Shown: piece after piece, positions 30,277-38,552 of the stretch
How the letters are laid out: every line of letters begins with the position of its first letter
How positions within the stretch are numbered: position 1 is the first letter of the stretch
DNA from: Chloroflexota bacterium
Lineage (GTDB): Bacteria > Chloroflexota > Anaerolineae > Anaerolineales > UBA11858
DNA: 58,946 nt
Direction: 5' to 3'
Assembly: GCA_039714275.1 (NCBI GenBank)
Contig: JBDLJO010000002.1
Location: 1 to 58,946 of the forward strand
Translations under genes and position numbers: made by a program
Notes under the pieces: model-generated
What the model was told of the DNA's origin: nothing
Database searches by the model: none
What the model saw: only the letters and a program-made list of their open reading frames with translations

Positions 30277-32412
30277 ATGCCCACGATTTCCACATCAACA
30301 ACTCAAGAATCTCAATCAAAACTTTATCGTGCCTTGGTGAAGATCGCGAGTGTATTCTATCCCAATTTAAGAGATTTAATCCCTGAGCGACAAGTCGTCA
30401 GCACCGGTGATGTAATCTCTTTTCTTTACGCGCTGCCGTTGGCGACAGCCGGGTTGATTTGGTTAATAACAATTACTAATTTCACATGGTTGACTACCAA
30501 CCTGGGCATAACTATCTTTTTTGCAGTTTTGATTTTAATATTCAATCAATTACGATTTTTCATGATTGTTGAATTACGGGACAATCGATTTGGCAGTGCA
30601 GATGGCTCGCTGACCAATATCCCTATATGGTCGGGAGTACTGCTTTTTGGTCCAATCATATTTTGGATCCCTGTCTTGACAACCATTGTGCGCTTTTTTC
30701 TAGAATGGGGGCAGGTCAGATCGTCTACAGCACGTTGGGGTCAATTGCGCAATACTGTTTTCGGTATCACTAGTGAAACCCTAATTCCGGTAGCCGCGTT
30801 TAGGTTCTATCAAATGATAGGTGGTGAATTTCCATTTAATTCACTAACGATACAGACCATCGCACTGGCATTGATCATGTTTGGCGTATATGCCATACTT
30901 TACACGCTCTTCTGGGCAGGATATTTAGTTTATTCTGCCTGGGCACAACAAATGATCACAGGAAAAAATCGTATTCAACCAATTGTAAACTTTTTTTTGT
31001 TGGCAGTCGGGCTACCGCAAATTACTAATCCTTTTGCTATTTTAGCTGCAGGTTTATACGCAGATAATAATATATTGATTTACTTGTTTTTCCTCAGCGG
31101 CATGCTGGTTGTTGCTTATCTTTCTCGGCGTCTTAGTTGGAGCACTGAGCACAGCCGCCAACATTCTCAGATGCTTAAAAAACTTGAACAATTAGGTCGC
31201 GCCATTATCAACGCGCCTCCAGATATTGAAAATTTACCCAACATTCTGGAAGAAAATATTCGTAATATGTTCCCTGCAGGGAGATTGGTTTGTTGGATTT
31301 TTCCTGAAGATATACTCCTAAAATATCCGGTAGATTGGAGTCCTGAGTTAGATCTACTTTGGCCTTGGCTGCTCAATCGGGAGAAAGGCGAGTTTTTCTT
31401 GGGTCGGGATTCACTTCCCTGGCAAGAAAAGAATATCAGACACAATCCAATTGTCATCGCTCCCATTCAAGATATGAAAGCATCCCAAACCTTTGGCGGT
31501 ATCTATTTGGAGCTTCATACCCTTGCTCAGCCATGGAATCGCCGGGCTCTGGAAAATCTATGCCCGGCAATGCAATCACTAGCCGCTCAAATTTCGTCGG
31601 CCTTTAACCAGGCACAAGTTTACCAACAGGCATTAGATTTTCAACGCGTTAGCGAGGAATTGAAGGTCGCCGGTAATATTCAATCCAGTTTACTGCCAAA
31701 CAACTTGCCGAATATGCCTGGGTGGCAATTAGCGGTAACGCTAGCCCCTGCCAGTGAGACATCGGGCGATTTTTTTGATGTAATTCCTTTGGCTGATGGA
31801 AAGATTGGTTTTGTGATTGCTGATGTGATGGATAAAGGCATTGGGCCTGCCATTTATATGACTCTCAGCCGAACTTTGATTCGAACCTACGCAACGGAAT
31901 TTGACCTATTACCCCACCTGGTCTTCTTTGCTACAAATGAACGCATCCTGAGAGACACTCAGGCTAACCTATTTGTAACTGCTTTCTTTGGCGTCTTAGA
32001 TCCATTAACTGGACATCTTTCATACTGCAACGCCGGGCACAATCCACCTTTTTTGCTAACCCAAAAGAATGATAATAAGCCACTCTCGCTGACCAAAACC
32101 GGCATTCCCATTGGGATTGATATTGATGCAACCTGGGAACTCTCTAGCGCACAATTAGACGCGGGAGATGTATTAGTATTATTTACCGATGGCGTTCCCG
32201 ATGCCCAGAACAACGAAGGTGAATTCTTCAAGGAAGAAACTCTCGTGGCAGCAGCAAAAGGAAACCTCGGCCAATCGGCCGAGGCTTTACAAGGGTCAAT
32301 TTTAAATGCCGTCTATGATTTTGTTGGAGATGCACCACAATTTGACGATATTACATTGATGATATTAGCCCGAGATAAAAAACTTGATCAGGAATCTATG
32401 ACTTCTGTTTAA
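30277..32412 (+). CDS. Membrane-bound PP2C/SpoIIE-type serine phosphatase (RsbU-like) with a polytopic N-terminal sensor region
   Basis: 711 aa. About 8-10 TM helices in the first 290 aa. The C-terminal PP2C motifs are SGDFFDV, FVIADVMDKGIGPA, NAGHNPP and FTDGVPDA. Confidence 0.85.
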   Translation: MPTISTSTTQESQSKLYRALVKIASVFYPNLRDLIPERQVVSTGDVISFLYALPLATAGLIWLITITNFTWLTTNLGITIFFAVLILIFNQLRFFMIVELRDNRFGSADGSLTNIPIWSGVLLFGPIIFWIPVLTTIVRFFLEWGQVRSSTARWGQLRNTVFGITSETLIPVAAFRFYQMIGGEFPFNSLTIQTIALALIMFGVYAILYTLFWAGYLVYSAWAQQMITGKNRIQPIVNFFLLAVGLPQITNPFAILAAGLYADNNILIYLFFLSGMLVVAYLSRRLSWSTEHSRQHSQMLKKLEQLGRAIINAPPDIENLPNILEENIRNMFPAGRLVCWIFPEDILLKYPVDWSPELDLLWPWLLNREKGEFFLGRDSLPWQEKNIRHNPIVIAPIQDMKASQTFGGIYLELHTLAQPWNRRALENLCPAMQSLAAQISSAFNQAQVYQQALDFQRVSEELKVAGNIQSSLLPNNLPNMPGWQLAVTLAPASETSGDFFDVIPLADGKIGFVIADVMDKGIGPAIYMTLSRTLIRTYATEFDLLPHLVFFATNERILRDTQANLFVTAFFGVLDPLTGHLSYCNAGHNPPFLLTQKNDNKPLSLTKTGIPIGIDIDATWELSSAQLDAGDVLVLFTDGVPDAQNNEGEFFKEETLVAAAKGNLGQSAEALQGSILNAVYDFVGDAPQFDDITLMILARDKKLDQESMTSV

Positions 32413-32806
32413 CCATGGTCAAGGTATTACCATTGGGGGTATTAAATTCGAAGGTTACTTGATCCATGATTTTATGTATCAGGAAAAGTCCTGCCCCGCG
32501 TGTTTGTACTTTGTCGATGGGAACATTAAAATTGGGCTCCGGGATATCTTCAGGGGAGAAAGTCTGCCCCCAATCCCGCAGCACAACGGTTAATTGATCA
32601 CCCGCGTAGGAGCAGGAGCACTCAATCTCCCCCCGGCTTTCACCTCCATATCCATGTTCGATGATATTCGTGCAAGCTTCATCAACGGCTAATTGTAAAG
32701 CATAACAATCTTTCGGATTAAAGCCGGCATCCTGAGCAGTCTGGACTACCAAAGCGCCAATTTCTTCAAGCACATTGAATCGTCCAGGAAAAATCCTGGT
32801 TGGCAT
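32396..32806 (-). CDS. RsbW/SpoIIAB-like serine kinase (anti-sigma-factor-type HATPase)
   Basis: 136 aa. AVDEACTNIIEHGY N-box and GAGLFLI G-box. Its 3' end overlaps the convergent phosphatase gene by 17 bp. Confidence 0.8.
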   Translation of the reverse strand: MPTRIFPGRFNVLEEIGALVVQTAQDAGFNPKDCYALQLAVDEACTNIIEHGYGGESRGEIECSCSYAGDQLTVVLRDWGQTFSPEDIPEPNFNVPIDKVQTRGAGLFLIHKIMDQVTFEFNTPNGNTLTMVKQKS

Positions 32807-32818
32807 TATTGTATACAG

Positions 32819-33151
32819 CTAAAAATTTCCCACGGCAGAAAGAACATCATCGTAAAAAGTAAAAAAGTGCTTCATGCCAGCTAAATCAAACGTGCCTTGA
32901 ATGTTTTCAGGGACATTCGCGAGAACAAGCTCTCCTCTCGATTTTTTACAAGTTTTCTGGGTTTCTAATAAAACCCAAAGGCCACGGCTGGAAATAAATT
33001 CGATCTCAGACATATCGAAAACAATACCAAACTTCTTGTCTTCGAGAACTTCCCCAAAAGCTTCTTCCAACTCTGATGCTGTCAGACTGCTAATACGACC
33101 GGATGTCTTGACAACGTCACACCGTTTATATTGGGTTTTTGATATATCCAT
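32819..33151 (-). CDS. STAS-domain anti-sigma-factor antagonist (RsbV/SpoIIAA-like)
   Basis: Starting at ATG 33151 (GGAG about 9 nt upstream) gives 110 aa: MDISKTQYKRCDVV...EIEFISSRGLWVLL, with the conserved phosphorylatable Ser context. The longer ORF-track start at 33295 adds a non-STAS extension. Confidence 0.8.
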   Translation of the reverse strand: MDISKTQYKRCDVVKTSGRISSLTASELEEAFGEVLEDKKFGIVFDMSEIEFISSRGLWVLLETQKTCKKSRGELVLANVPENIQGTFDLAGMKHFFTFYDDVLSAVGNF

Positions 33152-33288
33152 AGAATCTGCTCCTCGTAATAATTGAGTACAAAGAAATAGCTCAAATAGT
33201 ATATCATGGAAGCAAAAAGGGATGATATCCCCAATAAAGCGGGGGATGCTATAATTACTGGAACATCTATATCGAATATTGAAAATAT

Positions 33289-33318
33289 TTGTCAAGTGAA
33301 TTTAAAAAGATGTAATAT
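33289..33318 (+). promoter_or_regulatory. Promoter candidate for the dynamin-like gene
   Basis: TTGTCA-N18-TAATAT in an AT-rich divergent intergenic region. Confidence 0.3.
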
Positions 33319-33371
33319 TAACATCATAGCGACCTAGAAATCAAATTATCATGCCATCTTTTTAATAATCC

Positions 33372-35150
33372 TTGTCCAAAGAAAATTTAAATAAAGACCA
33401 CCATTTAGGAAAAAATATGCAAATTCTTACCAACGAACATGAAGCAATCCTAAAAGAAGAGCGATCTTTGCTGCGGAAACTGCGTTTGGCGCTAGTCCAA
33501 TTTAATGCACTACAAGAAGACCAAGATGCGCTTGATGACTCTATAAAACAATTGGATGAGTTTTTCTTATTAGTTATTGTCGGCGAATTCAATGCAGGCA
33601 AAAGTGCGATGATCAACGCCTTGCTTGGACAGCAAATACTTAAAGAGGGTGTTACTCCCACAACTACACAGGTTAATATCTTACGATACGGTGAAGATCA
33701 AGATCGGCAAGTCATCAATGATAATTTGCATGTATTGACTGCGCCGGTTGATTTTCTAAATGAGATCAGTATTGTGGATACACCCGGCACTAACGCAATT
33801 ATTCGAGAACATGAAGAGATCACTTCAGACTTCGTTCCCCGCTCCGATTTGGTGCTGTTTATTACCTCGGCAGATCGCCCATTCACAGAGAGTGAGCGCA
33901 CCTTTCTAGAAAAAATCCATCAATGGGGTAAGAAAGTGATCATCGTGCTTAACAAAATTGATATTTTGCACAGCAAGGACGACTTAACTGAAATCGAATC
34001 CTTTCTGGCTGAAAATGCAAGATCACTTTTGGGAATCACACCGGATATTTTTCCCATCAGCGCGCATAAGGCACTCCAAGCTAAACAGGGTAATCCAAAA
34101 TTGTGGCCAGAGAGTCAAATGGAGACACTGGAAAAATATATCCACGATACATTAGATCAAAAAAGTCGGCTGAGACTAAAACTATTGAACCCCTTGGGGG
34201 TTGGCAAACACTTGACCGAGCGGCATTTAACTGCCAGCCAGGAGAGACTGACATTGCTAAAAGCTGATTTTGATATGCTGGAGGATGTTGAGCGCCAATT
34301 AGAGGTTTATCAAGATGATATGAATCGTGATTTTAGTTTACGTATGGCGGATATTGATAATGTGCTCTACGAAATGGAACAACGCGGTGATATCTATTTT
34401 GATGAAACCATGCGATTGGCACGGGTCTTCGACTTGCTCAATAAAGACCGTATCCAAAGCGACTTTGAAACGCAAGTTGTAATAAATGCTCCTCAGGGAA
34501 TTGAGCAAAAAGTTGCCGAGATGATTGATTGGATGGTGGATTCAAACTTAAATCAATGGCAAGCTGTCACTGAACACATTGCTGATCGCAGGCGAGAGCA
34601 TAAAGATCGCATTGTGGGCAATGAGGGTGCAGGCACCTTCCATTATGACCGGGAGCGGATGATTGACGGCATAGGGCGTGAAACCCGAAGAGTAGTCGAA
34701 ACTTACGATAAAACCTTTGAGGCGGAAAATATGGCTCAAGGCGCTCAAAACGCGGTGGCTGCGGCAGCGGCTATTGAAATTGGCGCGATTGGCCTTGGAA
34801 CATTAATCGCAACGATTGCGACAACGGTTGCTGCTGATGTTACCGGCATTTTATTAGCGAGTTTGATGGCAGCCCTGGGATTATTCATCATCCCCGCGAA
34901 GCGCCGCAAAGCCAAGAAAGAAATGCACTTGAAAATATCATCCATGCGGACCCAGCTTACCCAGGCTTTGCGCACACATTTCGAGAAAGAAATCGACCGA
35001 AGCATGAAAGAGATCCAGAAAACCATTGCTCCATATACTCGTTTTGTTCGCTCAGAGCGCAAGAAATACGAAGAAACACAAACTACACTTCAAGAAATTT
35101 CCACCGGTATGGGACAATTACAAGCGCAAATTAATGATTTGCCTGATTAA
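33372..35150 (+). CDS. Bacterial dynamin-like GTPase
   Basis: 592 aa. G1 GEFNAGKSAMINALLG, G3 DTPGTNA, G4 NKID. A C-terminal hydrophobic hairpin reads AAAAAIEIGAIGLGTLIATIATTVAADVTGILLASLMAALGLFIIP. The start may instead be ATG 33417. Confidence 0.85.
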   Translation: MSKENLNKDHHLGKNMQILTNEHEAILKEERSLLRKLRLALVQFNALQEDQDALDDSIKQLDEFFLLVIVGEFNAGKSAMINALLGQQILKEGVTPTTTQVNILRYGEDQDRQVINDNLHVLTAPVDFLNEISIVDTPGTNAIIREHEEITSDFVPRSDLVLFITSADRPFTESERTFLEKIHQWGKKVIIVLNKIDILHSKDDLTEIESFLAENARSLLGITPDIFPISAHKALQAKQGNPKLWPESQMETLEKYIHDTLDQKSRLRLKLLNPLGVGKHLTERHLTASQERLTLLKADFDMLEDVERQLEVYQDDMNRDFSLRMADIDNVLYEMEQRGDIYFDETMRLARVFDLLNKDRIQSDFETQVVINAPQGIEQKVAEMIDWMVDSNLNQWQAVTEHIADRRREHKDRIVGNEGAGTFHYDRERMIDGIGRETRRVVETYDKTFEAENMAQGAQNAVAAAAAIEIGAIGLGTLIATIATTVAADVTGILLASLMAALGLFIIPAKRRKAKKEMHLKISSMRTQLTQALRTHFEKEIDRSMKEIQKTIAPYTRFVRSERKKYEETQTTLQEISTGMGQLQAQINDLPD

Positions 35151-35492
35151 TGATTTAGAACCAAAAGCAAATTCAAATTACTATTTGTTCCCAACTCCCT
35201 AGAAAATAATTTCAAGAGGTTTTTAGGAAATAACCCTGACCCAAATTTCCCATATATTAAAATAAATGATTATTAATAAAAGTTAGCTGATATCAATAAT
35301 TGGACGCGTTGACAGTCCCCAAAAGCTGGGTTAGACTAAAAATCTACTTAAGAAATATGCTATAACCACCCCAATGGGGTTTTCTTAATATTTCGTATAC
35401 TGCTTTCCACAAAATCGTGGGAAAGTACATGTAAATCAAATAATTTACCAAGGTTTTCAACCACATTAGAAGAATATCCAGGACAGCATAAT

Positions 35493-36644
35493 ATGTTCTA
35501 TACACGAAAAAAATTAGAAACATTTGAAGACCAAACCCTGGCACCCTACGGCATCCGAAGCAAGGACTCGAAAGGACGTGCTTATGCGGAAACAGAACCC
35601 AAGTATCGGACCGCATTTCAACGAGACCGCGAACGCATTATACACACGACTGCTTTTCGAAGATTAGAGTATAAAACCCAAGTTTTTGTCAATTACGAAG
35701 GGGATTATTACCGCACACGTTTGACCCACACGCTTGAGGTGGCACAAATTGGACGAACCATTGCGCGCGCATTGGGCGCCAACGAAGATTTAATTGAGGC
35801 GATTTGCCTGGCTCATGATCTAGGCCATTCCCCTTTTGGGCATTCTGGGGAGGCAATTCTGAATCGCATAATGGCAAATCGCGGAGGTTTTGATCACAAC
35901 AAACAATCCCTGCGTATTGTCACAGAGTTGGAAAAACGGTATACAAAATTCCCGGGGTTAAACTTGACCTGGGAAACACGAGAAGGCATTGTCAAACATG
36001 AAACTGAGTATGATGTATCGGATGCGGCAAAGTACGATCCGGAATTAAACGGCCATCTTGAAGCTCAGATTGCTAACGCAGCCGATGAATTAGCCTACAG
36101 CACCCATGATTTGGATGATGGGTTACGCTCAGGGATGATCAGCCCCGAAATGCTTGAAGATATCCCCCTCTGGAAGAAGATCATTGAAAGCGTTGGATGG
36201 GATGGCACAAAAATAGATGAGACTGTACGTCACCGCCTGATCCGGAGATTAATCGGGATTGAGGCAACAGATTTAATCATTGCAACAGATCAGCGATTAA
36301 AAGACAGCGGTGTAAAATCCGTTGAACAACTACAACATTTAGATTACAATGTGGTTGGTTTCAGTGATGAGATGCAAGAACAGCATAGAACATTAAAGAA
36401 ATTTCTCTTTGCTAACCTATACCGCCATCCCCGCGTTATGCGCATGCAGGTCAAAGCAGAGAAAATCATCGAATCAATATTCCAAGCTTATCAACAAGAA
36501 CCGCGCATGCTGCCTCATCACTTCCAGACACAAATAGATCAATTGGGGTTAGAAAGAACAGTCTGCGATTATATCGCCGGTATGACCGACCGCTACGCGA
36601 TACAAGAGCACAGCAAGTTATTTGACCCAACAGTACGAACTTAA
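35493..36644 (+). CDS. dgt: dGTP triphosphohydrolase-like HD-domain protein
   Basis: 383 aa. FQRDRERIIHTTAFRRLEYKTQVF, RLTHTLEVAQIGR and HDLGHSPFGH. Confidence 0.85.
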   Translation: MFYTRKKLETFEDQTLAPYGIRSKDSKGRAYAETEPKYRTAFQRDRERIIHTTAFRRLEYKTQVFVNYEGDYYRTRLTHTLEVAQIGRTIARALGANEDLIEAICLAHDLGHSPFGHSGEAILNRIMANRGGFDHNKQSLRIVTELEKRYTKFPGLNLTWETREGIVKHETEYDVSDAAKYDPELNGHLEAQIANAADELAYSTHDLDDGLRSGMISPEMLEDIPLWKKIIESVGWDGTKIDETVRHRLIRRLIGIEATDLIIATDQRLKDSGVKSVEQLQHLDYNVVGFSDEMQEQHRTLKKFLFANLYRHPRVMRMQVKAEKIIESIFQAYQQEPRMLPHHFQTQIDQLGLERTVCDYIAGMTDRYAIQEHSKLFDPTVRT

Positions 36645-36668
36645 AATATTTAAAAGAAGAGATATCGC

Positions 36669-37130
36669 ATGGATAAACAATATTTAACCCCAGAAGGGGC
36701 AATGAATCTAAAAGAGGAACTCCTCCGCTTGGAGGGTCCAGCACGCAGTAAATTAGCGAAGCGACTGAAAAGCGCAATTGAAATGGGGGATTTGTCCGAG
36801 AACGCGGATTATATAAAAGCCAAAGAAGATCAAGGTTTTCTTGAAGGGCGCATTGAAGAAATCAAATATTTACTTCATAACGCAGAAATCATCCAAGAAA
36901 ACACAAACTACGATACGATTGCTGTGGGTGCTAAGGTTACAATTCAAGAAGATGATTTTCCGCCAGAAATTTATCACTTAGTTGGCAGCAAGGAAGCTAA
37001 CCCAGGTAATGGGCGAATTTCTAATGCATCCCCTATTGGACAAGCGCTGATAGGAAAAAAAGTTGGTGATAAAGTTACCGCCGGCACACCCGGGGGTGAT
37101 ATTGTTTTTAAAATACTAAAGATTGAATAA
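36669..37130 (+). CDS. greA: Transcription elongation factor GreA
   Basis: 153 aa. LTPEGAMNLKEEL...GDLSENADYIKAKEDQGFLEGRI. Confidence 0.9.
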   Translation: MDKQYLTPEGAMNLKEELLRLEGPARSKLAKRLKSAIEMGDLSENADYIKAKEDQGFLEGRIEEIKYLLHNAEIIQENTNYDTIAVGAKVTIQEDDFPPEIYHLVGSKEANPGNGRISNASPIGQALIGKKVGDKVTAGTPGGDIVFKILKIE

Positions 37131-37277
37131 CAGTACGATAATTTTTAATTTAATAGTCTTTAATATATCACTGTACAGGAAAACCGAAAATTGATAGTGC
37201 ACAACAAGTTGCATAAAGCATAATTTACGAGTCTATCTATTTTCAGTCACCATTGTGCAAAAGTATTTTTAACCAAA

Positions 37278-37307
37278 AATCCCCGGCTCTTTGTTGAGCC
37301 GGGGATT
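37278..37307 (-). terminator. Intrinsic terminator for the 37330-38367 gene (possibly bidirectional)
   Basis: Perfect 12-bp stem AATCCCCGGCTC / GAGCCGGGGATT with a 6-nt loop. On the minus strand it is followed by a U-rich stretch, 22 nt after the stop. Confidence 0.6.
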
Positions 37308-37329
37308 CTGCATTAATATTGATTGCCTT

Positions 37330-38367
37330 TTAAACTTGCTGCCAAACAGCTAACTCTACCGTCATACGCCCAAAGAAACTCTGGGGTGGTAATTCATTAT
37401 CTTGGCCATAATCCATATCTACAACTCGAGCAACAACACGTAAAGTTGCTGTTTCTAATACAATTTCACTTCCGGGTACAGCCAGCGCCAGCTTCCCCTT
37501 AGTTTCAAATTGCTCTCGTAAAACTTCATCTGAAAATGCAAAATCACTCAAAACAACTTTTGTAACCGTTTGAATATCTCTTTGATCAAAAAGCCAAATC
37601 TCAAAAGCCGCTACTTTTTTAGGATCTCCAACACCCATGCTGGGTTCAGCAATTCCAACGCCGCATTCACCCAGGAATTTTCCGCTTGGGGAATCGATTG
37701 AGAACGAATCATCAAACAAGCTATCTCCAAACATATATGTCGTCATATACTGCGCCATGGGGGGAACACCATCTTGGACAGTATTGTCGGCAAGCTGCTC
37801 AATTCGATCATCAAGATTTTCGGTTTGGGAAAGATCGGTGTGATCATCAAGAGAAGAAGGGCTTCGGTAAAAATATAGATAGCCTGCCACAGCAACAATT
37901 AAGATGACCACCACCGCACACAAGATAACTATCTTTGTCATGGAAGATGGTGGAGCTTCCTCTTCGGACATGGTACCGAGTTCTGTATCAGTTTCGAGTT
38001 CATCCTCGGTGTCAGGGACTATTTCAATGGTTGTGACGTTAACCGCATCCTTAAAAAATTGTAGGGCAATGGGATCCAGATCGCCCGGTTGGGCTTCAAT
38101 GGTCGCCAGGATATTTTCGGCATTTGAACCGAGACCGTCCCAGCGCTGCTTGGCCTTATTGTCATCATCCTTGACACCATAAGAATCGATTGCCATGCGC
38201 AGGTAATCTTCCTGCCAGGTCGTTTCTAGATAGCTGGGTGAAGCATCAACCCATTTCAAGGGCCACAAACCCCAGCCAATTACTATCCAACCGATGAACA
38301 AACCGACTAAAAAAGCGACCAAAGCCAATATACGTGGGTTTTTTAATCGTTCTTGGATCATATCCAT
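37330..38367 (-). CDS. Hypothetical two-TM membrane protein (no family recognised)
   Basis: 345-aa ORF with GGGAGAGAG upstream of the ATG. TM helices at about 13-35 and about 146-167, an acidic linker, and an unrecognised C-terminal domain of about 170 aa. Confidence 0.6.
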   Translation of the reverse strand: MDMIQERLKNPRILALVAFLVGLFIGWIVIGWGLWPLKWVDASPSYLETTWQEDYLRMAIDSYGVKDDDNKAKQRWDGLGSNAENILATIEAQPGDLDPIALQFFKDAVNVTTIEIVPDTEDELETDTELGTMSEEEAPPSSMTKIVILCAVVVILIVAVAGYLYFYRSPSSLDDHTDLSQTENLDDRIEQLADNTVQDGVPPMAQYMTTYMFGDSLFDDSFSIDSPSGKFLGECGVGIAEPSMGVGDPKKVAAFEIWLFDQRDIQTVTKVVLSDFAFSDEVLREQFETKGKLALAVPGSEIVLETATLRVVARVVDMDYGQDNELPPQSFFGRMTVELAVWQQV

Positions 38368-38552
38368 AATCTCTCTCCCAAATTGCTTCTTGCCTTAGAA
38401 TCTCCAGCAAAAAATCAAATAACGGGCAAAAGCTGAACCCCAAATTTTTTTAGTCTGGTCTACATCAGACCATAAAAACTTACTAACTATTGCCTTTAAA
38501 TCAAATCATGCTCATCTCTATGTTGCAAGCATTATGCCAACTCAGCAACATC

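Noticed and set aside
33152-33295. N-terminal extensions proposed by the ORF track. They affect the STAS protein (to 33295), surE (from 47670), the thioredoxin-like protein (to 56161), the IMPase (to 49486) and IPK (from 29376).
   Set aside because: In each case the extension lacks homology to the family N-terminus and overlaps a neighbouring gene or promoter region. An internal ATG with a good Shine-Dalgarno sequence gives the canonical protein start.
35344-35616. 90-aa minus-strand ORF in the dynamin-dgt spacer that overlaps the dgt start.
   Set aside because: It has no RBS, overlaps the supported dgt N-terminus, and lies in an AT-rich intergenic sequence that generates chance ORFs.
35493-36644. 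dGTPase-like gene as a possible anti-phage dNTP-depletion defence gene.
   Set aside because: It is a single housekeeping-type HD-domain dgt next to greA, with no defence-island neighbours. Nothing in the sequence distinguishes it from the common chromosomal family.
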